Below, piece by piece: positions 18,151 to 26,274 of a stretch of 64,000 bases of DNA; positions within the stretch are counted from its first letter, which is position 1; each line of letters starts with the position of its first letter. A program made the position numbers and the translations under genes. The notes beneath the pieces are model-generated. The model saw nothing but the letters and a program-made list of their open reading frames with translations, had not been told where the DNA came from and ran no database searches. Source of the stretch: a bacterium (GTDB lineage Bacteria; Actinomycetota; Acidimicrobiia; Acidimicrobiales; Bin134); the NCBI GenBank assembly GCA_026708015.1, contig JAPOVT010000043.1:8429-72428 (forward strand), written 5' to 3'.

Positions 18151-18498
18151 GGTCATCACAGGTATCCCCAGTTCCCCTGCTTGACCGATCAACAATCGGT
18201 CGAAGGGATCGCGGTGGTGGAGGGGAAGCGCACCGGCGAACAGGGCATGGGAGTGCTCGATGGCTATTGCCGTAAGGCGGGAGCTGGCAATCCTGCTGAG
18301 AACATACTCCGCGGGCGGTTCGGGAAGATCAAGGCGTCCCAGTGCGTGTTTGATGGCAATCTCCCAAGACGATACGGCCGACAGCAGCACCCTTTGGCTT
18401 GAATCGGCCAGCATTGACTGGGCCGAGCTTGAAAGCCGGTCTGGTGCCGCGTGCATCCACAAGAAGACTTGGGTGTCCAAAAGGACGGTCGAGGTCAC
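18094..18498 (-). CDS. vapC: PIN-domain toxin VapC
   Basis: 134 aa. LLDTQVFLW N-terminus and HRDPFDRLLIGQA C-terminal PIN motifs. 4-nt overlap with the antitoxin gene. Confidence 0.9.
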   Translation of the reverse strand: MTSTVLLDTQVFLWMHAAPDRLSSSAQSMLADSSQRVLLSAVSSWEIAIKHALGRLDLPEPPAEYVLSRIASSRLTAIAIEHSHALFAGALPLHHRDPFDRLLIGQAGELGIPVMTSDQVFDQYDVGVIWADRQ

Positions 18499-18728
18499 CG
18501 GCCTTCAAATGCATCAAGCAGGTCGTCGGGAAGCGGGTCGTTGAAGTCGTCGGGCACCGAGAAGCGGCCCACGTCTCGGCCCAGCTCTCGTGGTCCCTCG
18601 GGGACCACGGCAACAAGTTTCGCAACCGGGGTGCCGGACTTGGTGATCAACACTTCTTCCCCCGCAATCGCTTTTCGGATCAGCTTTGACAGTGTTGTCT
18701 TCGCCTCGTGCATTCCCACCGTCAACAT
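18495..18728 (-). CDS. Phd/YefM family antitoxin
   Basis: MLTVGMHEAKTTLSKLI... is a typical Phd/YefM N-terminus. Start set at the ATG at 18728 within track ORF 18495..18755. Confidence 0.85.
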   Translation of the reverse strand: MLTVGMHEAKTTLSKLIRKAIAGEEVLITKSGTPVAKLVAVVPEGPRELGRDVGRFSVPDDFNDPLPDDLLDAFEGR

Positions 18729-18757
18729 GTCGTAAGCATAACCGCTCACAGGCATAC

Positions 18758-18777
18758 CTAGCTAATAACTTAGCTAG
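18758..18777. promoter_or_regulatory. Perfect palindrome CTAGCTAA-taac-TTAGCTAG upstream of the phd-vapC operon (candidate operator)
   Basis: 8-bp inverted repeat with a 4-nt spacer, 30 nt upstream of the antitoxin start. Confidence 0.4.
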
Positions 18778-18811
18778 AACCTCACTCACAAGATCACAGG
18801 CCCCTAGACCG

Positions 18812-19594
18812 TCAGGCAGGCGGCACTCCGGTCAAATTGCAGTCGGACAGCAGCCCACCGTCGATGACGATGGCCTGGCCAGTGATGGCCGAGGACTCAT
18901 CTGAGGCCAGAAACAGCACCAAGTTGGCGATCTCTTCTGGCTTGATGGTCCGGCCCAGTGCGTGCATAGCGGAGATCTCCTCATGGGTCTTCAGACCGAT
19001 ATCGAGCACCGCTCCGTACATGGGCGTCTCCACCACGCCGGGGCAGATGGCATTGACCCGGATGTTCTTGCGGCCCCATTCCACCGCCGCTGTGCGGGTC
19101 AGGTTGATGAGCCCGGCCTTGGCTGTGCAGTAGGGAGCGTTGCCCGGAGAGGCCACCACCCCATAGATCGAAGAGGTACTGATGATCGACCCTCCTCCTT
19201 GAGAGGCCATGTGGGGGATGGCCGCCTTCATGCCGTACATCGCCGCGGTGAGCATCACCCGCAGGCTGGAATCCCAACCCTCAGGGTCGAGTTCGGGAAT
19301 GTAGCCACCGCTGCTTGTAGCGGCGTTGTTGAACAGCACATCGATGCGGCCGAACTCCGAAACTGCCCGCTCAACCGCATTGGTGACATCTTCCAGTGAA
19401 CCCACGTCGCAGTGCTGGTACACCGCCCGGGCCCCGCCCTCAGTCAACTCGGCCACCAGCTTCTCGCCCGCCTCGTCCACCAGGTCGACCCCCAACACAG
19501 CGGCCCCCTCTCCCGCCAGCCGACGCATCGCGGCCATACCAATGCCCCCGCTAGCGCCAGTCACCAACGCAACCTTTTCATCCAACCGACTCAT
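18812..19594 (-). CDS. SDR family oxidoreductase
   Basis: TGASGGIG, NNAA and YCTAK motifs. Confidence 0.9.
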   Translation of the reverse strand: MSRLDEKVALVTGASGGIGMAAMRRLAGEGAAVLGVDLVDEAGEKLVAELTEGGARAVYQHCDVGSLEDVTNAVERAVSEFGRIDVLFNNAATSSGGYIPELDPEGWDSSLRVMLTAAMYGMKAAIPHMASQGGGSIISTSSIYGVVASPGNAPYCTAKAGLINLTRTAAVEWGRKNIRVNAICPGVVETPMYGAVLDIGLKTHEEISAMHALGRTIKPEEIANLVLFLASDESSAITGQAIVIDGGLLSDCNLTGVPPA

Positions 19595-19711
19595 TGCCAG
19601 CTCCCTTCCCCAAGAACTTCAGTTAGTGCGCCAGTCTCGCGCGCCAATTGTGCTCAGCTCGCCACAAAAGACCACAAGGTCCGGTCGGCTGGAAGGCTCG
19701 TCCGCAGTGGT

Positions 19712-19733
19712 AGCACCCCGTACAGGATTCGAA
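19712..19733. repeat. Distal att-like copy of the tRNA-Glu 3' end (AGCACCCCGTACAGGATTCGAA)
   Basis: 21/22 identical to 21098-21119. Confidence 0.7.
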
Positions 19734-19840
19734 GGCTCTGCAAAGTCCCAAGTAGATTCGCTATAGACGGCGGTCTTTCTGTTCTGTCCCCCAATCAGTC
19801 CCACACATAGCGAGTCGTATCGCAGGGTAAGGGCTTTGGC

Positions 19841-20470
19841 TCAGAATGGCGGTTTCAGGTAGTCAGTATCGTCTCGGACCATGTCGAAGTGGGCCCGATC
19901 AAGATAGTGGTTCCACAGGTTGTGATGTCTGATGCGCAGCGGCCCGCGGTTGTCGCCGGGGCCTAGCCAAGTGGCGGTCTCGATGCGCTTGCCGATCCTG
20001 ACCGCGGCCTCCAGAGCCGGCAGCAAGTCGGTGTCGGCAGAGAACACGACCGCGGCGTCGTAGGCACCTGTTCGGGCCATGTCCACCAGATCGACCGCCA
20101 ACATAACGTCGATGCCCTTCTCGCGGCCCACCCAATGTTCCTTCCCCCGTCTCATCGTCTCGATGTAGTCCATTGGCCGGGAGCACACCTTGACGCCCGC
20201 CGTGCTCACCCAGCGGGCCATCTGGATCTTGGTGGCCCGCTCCAAGTCGGCACCGCTGCGCGTGTCGGGAACAGCCCGGTAGATACGAAGGCCGGCCAGC
20301 ACCCTGCCGGGGTCTTTGCCTCGGCCCAGATCGCAGAGCAGCTCCCCGACTCTCAGCGGGTGGACATGGCCGACTTGCACTGGGGGATCGGCCCCCTCAA
20401 AGAACGAAGCGCGGGCGCGGTGATACACATTCTGGTAGTCGATGAACACAACAACGCGATCGTCAGGCAC
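19841..20470 (-). CDS. NYN domain (LabA-like) protein
   Basis: VVVFIDYQNVYH and GIDVMLAVD...VVFSADTDLLPAL motifs. Confidence 0.85.
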   Translation of the reverse strand: MPDDRVVVFIDYQNVYHRARASFFEGADPPVQVGHVHPLRVGELLCDLGRGKDPGRVLAGLRIYRAVPDTRSGADLERATKIQMARWVSTAGVKVCSRPMDYIETMRRGKEHWVGREKGIDVMLAVDLVDMARTGAYDAAVVFSADTDLLPALEAAVRIGKRIETATWLGPGDNRGPLRIRHHNLWNHYLDRAHFDMVRDDTDYLKPPF

Positions 20471-20682
20471 GAGACAAAAAGTAGCCCCGCCATGCCCTGG
20501 AGCCAGGGCAGGCGGGGAGGAATACGATTACTGTACCCGCGCGAACTGAACTCAACAACCCCATTTGTCAAGAAGGCGGATCACTCTGGCGTGACCCCCT
20601 GAGGTTGGTCCACCTGATGTGTCACCTGTTTGTTGGACTGGGTTTGCGGGAGTCAGGCGGCGTGTGGTTGTTGTCGGTGGCG

Positions 20683-21051
20683 TCACTCGAACTCGGCGGG
20701 TGAGATGTTGCCGAGCGATGAGTGGCGCCGGGTCCGATTGTAGAAGATCTCGATCCAGTCGAAGATCGAGGTTGCCCGTTCGGCGAGACCGACATCGCGC
20801 AGGACTTTCGTTAGCGTCATGTCACTAAGGGGCCTGCCGGCCCTGAGCGGCGACGGGAAGACTATACCGGAGCCGTCGTGAAGGCCTTTGGCCCCTTGCA
20901 GTACTTCGAGGGCGGCATCAGACATCGGCACACGGTGCTCGTTTGCGGTCTTCATTCGATTCGCTGGAATCCGCCATTCGCAGGCATCAAAGTCGATCTC
21001 CTCCCACACAGCGTTGCGGGCCTCGCCTGATCGGGCGGCGGTCGAGGGGAT
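20683..21051 (-). pseudogene. Tyrosine-integrase catalytic-domain fragment fused to an IS3-family transposase C-terminal fragment
   Basis: TAARSGEARNAVWEEIDF...HRVPMSDAALEVL...LSDMTLTKVLRD matches integrase box I onward. It then switches to IFDWIEIFYNRTRRHSSLGNISPAEFE, an IS3 OrfB terminus. The N-terminal ~200 aa of the integrase are absent. Confidence 0.8.
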
Positions 21052-21097
21052 TTAGGGCACAATTGGGTCCGTCTGTGAACAGCGACAAACTGTAAGA

Positions 21098-21119
21098 AGC
21101 ACCCCGTACGGGATTCGAA
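21098..21119. repeat. Proximal att-like repeat inside the tRNA-Glu 3' end
   Basis: AGCACCCCGTACGGGATTCGAA; pairs with 19712-19733. Confidence 0.7.
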
Positions 21120-21172
21120 CCCGTGTTACCAGATTGAGAATCTGGCGTCCTAGGCCTCTAGACGAACGGGGC
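21100..21172 (-). tRNA. tRNA-Glu (anticodon CUC)
   Basis: Hand-folded: acceptor GCCCCGT/ACGGGGT, anticodon stem CCAGA/TCTGG with loop TTCTCAA, T-arm ACGGG-TTCGAAT-CCCGT. Confidence 0.95.
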
Positions 21173-21222
21173 GGGAACGCTGAAGTGTACCGGCTGCTTT
21201 CGGGATCCGGCGACCCGAATAG

Positions 21223-22290
21223 TCACGGGCGGGCTTGGTAGATGATGTTGGCGTTGGTCTCGGTCACGCGCTCGAAGCTGGAGTAGCCAGCGGCGGTGAA
21301 CACTTCCCGCATGGCGGCTTCGCCGGCTTGAGCACCCATCCCCAACCCGACGGGTTGGGCCAGTGAGCATGGTATTCAAAACACCGCGGAGGCGCCGTAC
21401 GACGTGGCCGCCATCGGGTTCTCAGTCAGATTGCGGAGGTGGCCGTCTAAGGCGAACGGCTCCACCATGAGCACTGAACCGCCCTCGGCAAGCTGGCTGC
21501 GGGCGTGGGCGGCGATGCCCACCGGGTCGCCCATGTCGTGGAGGCAGTCCAAGAAGAAGATCACGTCGTAGGTGCCCTGGTAGCCCTGGGAGTCGGCCAC
21601 CTCGAAGGAGGCGTTGCCCACACCTGCCTCGGCGGCCACCTCCCTGGCCTGGTCGATGGACGGGCCGTGGAAGTCGAACCCCGTGAAGTGGGATTCGGGA
21701 TAGGCCGAGGCCAGGATCTGCACCGAATCTCCGCAGCCGCAGCCCACGTCGGCCGCGGTGGCCCCGGCCCGGAGCTTTTCGTCGATTCCATCGGCGGCCG
21801 GTATCCACTCGTTGGCCAGATACATCTCGTATTGGGGGCGGAAGAAGCGGGCGGTGGAGGTGAACAAAGAGGGATGGTGATCGCCCCACGCCAATCCGCC
21901 GTCGCCTCGGAAGGCGTCGAGGATGTCGTCCATATCGGCGAACATGGCCCGGAACATGCCGATGCCGCCGGCCAAGAACGCGGGGCTCACCTCCCAGGCC
22001 AGCACCGCGGCCGCCTCATCGGTCAACTGGTAGGTGACATCCTCGTCGCCCTGGCCGTCGATCTCCACCAGCTCGACGGCAGCCTGCTGGCGCAGCCACT
22101 CGGTGACCAGGCGGGGATGGCAACCAGTCGCTTCGGCCAAGGCATCGGCAGTCATCGGTCCCGCCCCGGCCATGGCCTGATACAGGCCCAGCTCGTCGCC
22201 GATGTAGACCATGGCCATGGTGGTGGCCCCGGCCATGTGGGTCGCCACCTCGCCGGCCAGCTCGGTTACCCGATCAACGTCGATGTCCAT
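21223..22290 (-). CDS. SAM-dependent methyltransferase (winged-helix plus class I MTase, Rv2258c-like length) with in-frame TGA at 21376-21378 (codon 305 of 355); selenoprotein candidate or pseudogene
   Basis: Track ORF 21376..22290 stops at TGA, but the same frame continues IPCSLAQPVGLGMGAQAGEAAMREVFTAAGYSSFERVTETNANIIYQARP to the stop at 21223. This restores a full-length family-typical C-terminus. Confidence 0.75.
21341..21359 (-). promoter_or_regulatory. SECIS-like hairpin CCCAACCC-GUC-GGGUUGGG
   Basis: 8-bp stem with G/U in the loop. It starts 16 nt downstream of the in-frame UGA on the coding strand. Confidence 0.45.
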
Positions 22291-22344
22291 GTCAGTTCCT
22301 TCTCGGTGATGTACCGGCTGGAACCCTAGTGGTGTCTACGTGGC

Positions 22345-23205
22345 CTAGCGGCGAGTGGTGCGGCGCTTCCACCCGGCGGCGGCCAGGTTGCCGCCGTCCA
22401 CATGGATGGTGGAGCCGGTCACGAACCGGGAAAGATCCCCGGCCAGATACACGATCGCCGCGGCGCAGTCGTGAACCGAGCCGCCCTCCAACCACGGTTG
22501 AGGGGCCAGCTGCGATCGCTCGTCCGTGCTCTCGTCGCCGAGCATCCTCTCGCCCTCGGTGGGGATCACGTCGGGGGCGATGCAGTTGACCCGGATGCCC
22601 GCCGGCGCCAGCTCCAGCGACAGGCTCATGGCCAAATTGGCCTGGGCCGCCTTCATCGCCGAATAGATGGAGAAGCCGGGACCGGCCCGATGGGCCTCGA
22701 TGGAGGTGACGTTGATGATCGACCCCCCTTCGCTCATCAGCGGAATGCATCCCCGGATGAAACCGGTGACCTGGGTGAAGTTCTCGGCAATGAGCGCGGC
22801 CTCACCCTTGAGGTTGATGTCGGCAAACGGGGAGCTGAATGTGCCGCCGGCGTTGTTCACCAGCACGTCCACCCGCCCACAGGCTTCTCCCACCTCGGCC
22901 AGCCAGGCGTCTCGGGGCTCGGGGTGACGCACGTCGAACAGCCCGGTCAGGCAGCGGCGGCCCAGTGCCTCTACCGCGGCGGCAGTGCGGGCCATATCGT
23001 CGGCCTCCCGGTCGCAGATGGCCAGATCGGCGCCGAACCGGGCCAGGGCCACTGCGGTGGCCGCGCCGATCCCCCGGGCACCGCCGGTGACGATGGCCAC
23101 TTTGTCGGTGAGCAGCACACTGGATGGGTCGAGGATGTTGTCTTCGCTCCAAATTGGGTCTTTGTCGCTCTTGAGACCGCCCAACGTCCACTCCCAATCA
23201 GTCAT
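22345..23205 (-). CDS. SDR family oxidoreductase
   Basis: Track ORF 22345..23400 trimmed to the ATG at 23205 (ATGA overlap with the upstream stop). TGGARGIG and YSAMK motifs. Confidence 0.85.
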   Translation of the reverse strand: MTDWEWTLGGLKSDKDPIWSEDNILDPSSVLLTDKVAIVTGGARGIGAATAVALARFGADLAICDREADDMARTAAAVEALGRRCLTGLFDVRHPEPRDAWLAEVGEACGRVDVLVNNAGGTFSSPFADINLKGEAALIAENFTQVTGFIRGCIPLMSEGGSIINVTSIEAHRAGPGFSIYSAMKAAQANLAMSLSLELAPAGIRVNCIAPDVIPTEGERMLGDESTDERSQLAPQPWLEGGSVHDCAAAIVYLAGDLSRFVTGSTIHVDGGNLAAAGWKRRTTRR

Positions 23206-23927
23206 ACGCCTACTCCCACAGCAGAGCCGATCCCGAAAGTGATGGCCGCTGCGGCGGCAACAAAGGCAAGCTGACGAAGCGAGCCCCGCACAATCGAGCG
23301 GCCGGTGGCCAGCGCCAACGCACCGCCAATCATTACGGCGCCCACCCCTCCGAGGATGATCGATGCCACGATGGCCCCATTGCCACCACCGAAGAACCAC
23401 GGCAACAACGGCAACATTGCACCCAAGGCGAAGGAAATGAACGAAGACATGGCGGCAAACACCGGATTGCCCAGCTCGTTGGGATCAATTCCCATCTCCT
23501 CTCGGGCGTGGACCTCCAAGGCCTTCTCAGGGTCGTCCATGATGTTGGCGGCCATCTCCCGAGCTATGTCCTGGTCTATTCCCCGCGACTCGTAGATCTC
23601 GGCCAGCTCCTCCACCTCGTGCTCCGGATTGCGGGCGTGCTCTCGCCGCTCCATGTCCAACTCGCGCTCCAACAGCTCTCGCTGAGCCTGCATCGACAAG
23701 TATTCGCCCGCAGCCATAGAAACCGCACCGGCGATGAGCCCGGCGATCCCCACCAGCCTCACCAGTCCCTGCCCCGAAGTGCCTCCGGCCACACCCAAGA
23801 TGATCGCCATATTGGACACCAGGCCGTCGCTCGCCCCGAACACCGCCGCCCGGTACCCGCCCCGGGCCACATTGCGGTGATGGCCCTCACCGAGATGCCC
23901 CGAGCCGCTCCTCTTCCTTGCGAACAC
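23202..23927 (-). CDS. VIT1/CCC1 family (vacuolar iron transporter-like) membrane protein
   Basis: VFGASDGLVSNMAIILGVAGG motif, central ferritin-like helical segment and C-terminal TM helices. Confidence 0.85.
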   Translation of the reverse strand: MFARKRSGSGHLGEGHHRNVARGGYRAAVFGASDGLVSNMAIILGVAGGTSGQGLVRLVGIAGLIAGAVSMAAGEYLSMQAQRELLERELDMERREHARNPEHEVEELAEIYESRGIDQDIAREMAANIMDDPEKALEVHAREEMGIDPNELGNPVFAAMSSFISFALGAMLPLLPWFFGGGNGAIVASIILGGVGAVMIGGALALATGRSIVRGSLRQLAFVAAAAAITFGIGSAVGVGV

Positions 23928-23966
23928 CGTCTCAACCTACCGTTTGAATGGGTGCATTGGCGGTGT

Positions 23967-23996
23967 ATGGTAGAAAAATAATATCGGTTCTACCAT
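23967..23996. promoter_or_regulatory. Inverted repeat ATGGTAGAA-N12-TTCTACCAT upstream of vapB (candidate operator/promoter)
   Basis: Perfect 9-bp arms in an AT-rich stretch, 13 nt upstream of the vapB start. Confidence 0.4.
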
Positions 23997-24008
23997 GAGA
24001 GAATTTCA

Positions 24009-24269
24009 ATGAGTCTCAATATCAAGAATGACGAGACCTGCCGACTGGCCAGTGAGTTGGCCAATCTCACCGGCGAGACGATGACCGGGGCAATCACCGT
24101 GGCCCTGCAAGAGCGCCTCGAACGCGAACAGCGCAGCCGTAGTGTTGAAGCCCGCATGGAAGCGATTGAGGCCATTGCCCAACGCTGCTCCAAACTTCTT
24201 CGTGATGGCGGCCCATCAGCGGTGGACCACGGCGACTTCTTGTACGACGAGCACGGGGCTCCGAAGTGA
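24009..24269 (+). CDS. vapB: VapB-type antitoxin
   Basis: 86 aa. MSLNIKNDETCRLASELANLTGET N-terminus typical of this VapB class. 4-nt overlap with vapC. Confidence 0.85.
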   Translation: MSLNIKNDETCRLASELANLTGETMTGAITVALQERLEREQRSRSVEARMEAIEAIAQRCSKLLRDGGPSAVDHGDFLYDEHGAPK

Positions 24270-24652
24270 TCGTGGACACCTCGGCCGTGCTGGCCATCCT
24301 CCTCAAAGAGTCCGATTACGAGCACTACAAGAGAGCGATTGCGGAAGCCGAGCGCTGCCTCATGTCTGTCGCCAACTTTGTCGAGTCCACCATTGTTCTT
24401 GAAGGCCGTGTCGGTTCTGGTGGGGGCCATGAACTCGACCTCCTCATCGAAGAATCTCCCATCCAGCTCGTTGCGGTCACCGCCGAGCATGCCCAAGCCG
24501 CTCGCCGGGCCTGGCGGCAGTTCGGCAAGGGCAACCATCCCGCGGCGCTGAACTTTGGGGACTGCTTCGCCTACGCCTTGGCCAAGGAGACTGGGGAACC
24601 TCTCTTGTTCAAGGGCAACGACTTCGCACTCACCGACATCGAAGCTGCGTAG
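24266..24652 (+). CDS. vapC: PIN-domain toxin VapC
   Basis: MIVDTSAVLAIL and NFGDCFAYALA PIN acidic-residue motifs. Confidence 0.9.
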   Translation: MIVDTSAVLAILLKESDYEHYKRAIAEAERCLMSVANFVESTIVLEGRVGSGGGHELDLLIEESPIQLVAVTAEHAQAARRAWRQFGKGNHPAALNFGDCFAYALAKETGEPLLFKGNDFALTDIEAA

Positions 24653-24670
24653 ATCCGCTAGTCATCACGA

Positions 24671-25858
24671 TCAGACCCCATCGCGTGGCGCCAGCACGAT
24701 CTGCTCCTCATCATCGGCTCTCACCACCCAATTGTCGCCCCGGCGGAAGACTTCGGCGCCGGGTGCGCTCAGGTCGTCACCATCTCGAACCCAGCTCACC
24801 GCCTGGCTCATGGCCACTTCAACCAGCCCGGCACGACCGGCGGCTGTGGCCTCCGCCGCAGCACGACAGGCCGCCAACCCAGCCACCGGATCGGCGGCCG
24901 CGTCGCCAACGAACCACGGCAGTCCGCCGTCCGGGTCTGACAGCCACAGGCCCCCGCTCACTGCGGCGTCGTCACCAAATCCGGCCCGCCCGTCGCCGTG
25001 CCCGGAGATCGAAACCCAAACCAGCCCACAACTCTGGGCCACCTCCAATCGGTCGATACCCCAATTGACCCACACCCGGGGCCGCAGGCCGTCCACGACG
25101 ACTGCCGATTCCCGGCACAGATCCAGAAATTGGCGGTGACCGTCCTCGGATCCCAGGTCGATAACCGTGTCCTGCTTGCCCCGGTTCAATCGCTCATAGA
25201 ACGCGGGAGAGCCGTACCGCGCCCCGTCGGGACGGTTTGGCGCCTCTATCTTCAGCACCTTGAATCCGATGCCGCCCAGCAGCGACGCGCACAGCGGGCC
25301 AGCCCACAGCGAGCTCACGTCCAGCACCAGATTGCGGCCTGATCCCGCCGGTCCGGCGTCGGTGAGCGAACAGGGCTCGGCAGGCGGCAAGGGACGGACT
25401 GCTTCCCCCACCGCCAAGCCCAGCCATTCGGCCCGCTCGATCAGCTCAACCACCGGCTTGTCCCGCACCCCTGCGGCCACTTCGGCCCACACGTCGTCCC
25501 CGGCCAGATCACCGATCTCCAGCCAAGCGGGAACCGCTTCGGTGTCGGTGCTGCGGGCCAGCGACACCGCCAACACGCCGTCGGCCGCCGCCACCATGCG
25601 GCACGCTCCTCCCACCGACACGGCGCCTCTTCGACTACGGCCCACAAGTGCCGCCCGCTCCCCAAGAAAGCCGGCGGCATTGGTCCTCAGTGCCTGTCCG
25701 CACAGCTTGGAGATGTCGCTCACCACATTGTCGAGCCGCTCCAGCCAGCGTCCGGATGCCAGCGCCGGAGGCCCGTGCTCCGGGCCGCTCAGCCCCATGA
25801 GCCCGGACTCGGCCCAAACCAAAGCCGGATGGCGCCCGGTCGAGGGTGACGACTCCAT
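24671..25858 (-). CDS. Family III CoA-transferase (CaiB/BaiF-like) with unusual domain order
   Basis: The canonical N-terminal motif VLDVSSLWAGPLC...KVLKIEAPNRPDGAR lies at ~aa 178-215. The normally C-terminal segment GGACRMVAAADGVLAVSL lies at ~aa 90-110. Confidence 0.8.
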   Translation of the reverse strand: MESSPSTGRHPALVWAESGLMGLSGPEHGPPALASGRWLERLDNVVSDISKLCGQALRTNAAGFLGERAALVGRSRRGAVSVGGACRMVAAADGVLAVSLARSTDTEAVPAWLEIGDLAGDDVWAEVAAGVRDKPVVELIERAEWLGLAVGEAVRPLPPAEPCSLTDAGPAGSGRNLVLDVSSLWAGPLCASLLGGIGFKVLKIEAPNRPDGARYGSPAFYERLNRGKQDTVIDLGSEDGHRQFLDLCRESAVVVDGLRPRVWVNWGIDRLEVAQSCGLVWVSISGHGDGRAGFGDDAAVSGGLWLSDPDGGLPWFVGDAAADPVAGLAACRAAAEATAAGRAGLVEVAMSQAVSWVRDGDDLSAPGAEVFRRGDNWVVRADDEEQIVLAPRDGV

Positions 25859-25896
25859 AACCGCAGTTTGTACCTGTTGAGGCTGAAGGGAAAAGA

Positions 25897-26229
25897 TTGG
25901 GAGATATCTCCCAGGAGGTAGGAATGGACTTGAAACCGGGTAGCCGCCTCAAGAGCTCGGTGTGCGACACCGAGCTGATCGTGGTGAAAGCACCAAGCGG
26001 CGATGTGGACATCACCTGCGGCGGTTCGCCGATGGCCGATCCGGCCGATGCCGAGCGCAACGGCGAGGTTGCCGCCGGTGCTGCCGATGGCACCGCCCTG
26101 GGCAAGCGCTATGTGAACGAGGACGAATCTCTCGAGGTTCTGTGTACCAAGCCCGGCGACGGCTCGCTGGCACTGGGGGACACGCCACTGAGCCTGAAAG
26201 AGGCAAAACCCCTCCCGGCCTCTGACTAG
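25897..26229 (+). CDS. Small hypothetical protein (start may be the ATG at 25924)
   Basis: ORF directly upstream of the acyl-CoA synthetase. Function unknown. Confidence 0.6.
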   Translation: MGDISQEVGMDLKPGSRLKSSVCDTELIVVKAPSGDVDITCGGSPMADPADAERNGEVAAGAADGTALGKRYVNEDESLEVLCTKPGDGSLALGDTPLSLKEAKPLPASD

Positions 26230-26274
26230 CCAGGGCAAACGCCCGCCGGGAGACGCACCGCAGAGAATGAGCCC

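Larger units (their letters stand above)
19712..21119. mobile_element. Decayed tRNA-Glu-integrated island (~1.4 kb): att repeat, NYN gene, integrase/IS3 relic, tRNA 3' end
   Basis: A 22-nt direct repeat (1 mismatch) of the tRNA-Glu 3' end bounds the segment. The integrase relic is adjacent to the tRNA. Confidence 0.6.

Noticed and set aside
21158-21379. 73-aa minus-strand ORF overlapping tRNA-Glu
   Set aside because: It is an out-of-frame shadow of the methyltransferase C-terminal tail and overlaps a tRNA gene.
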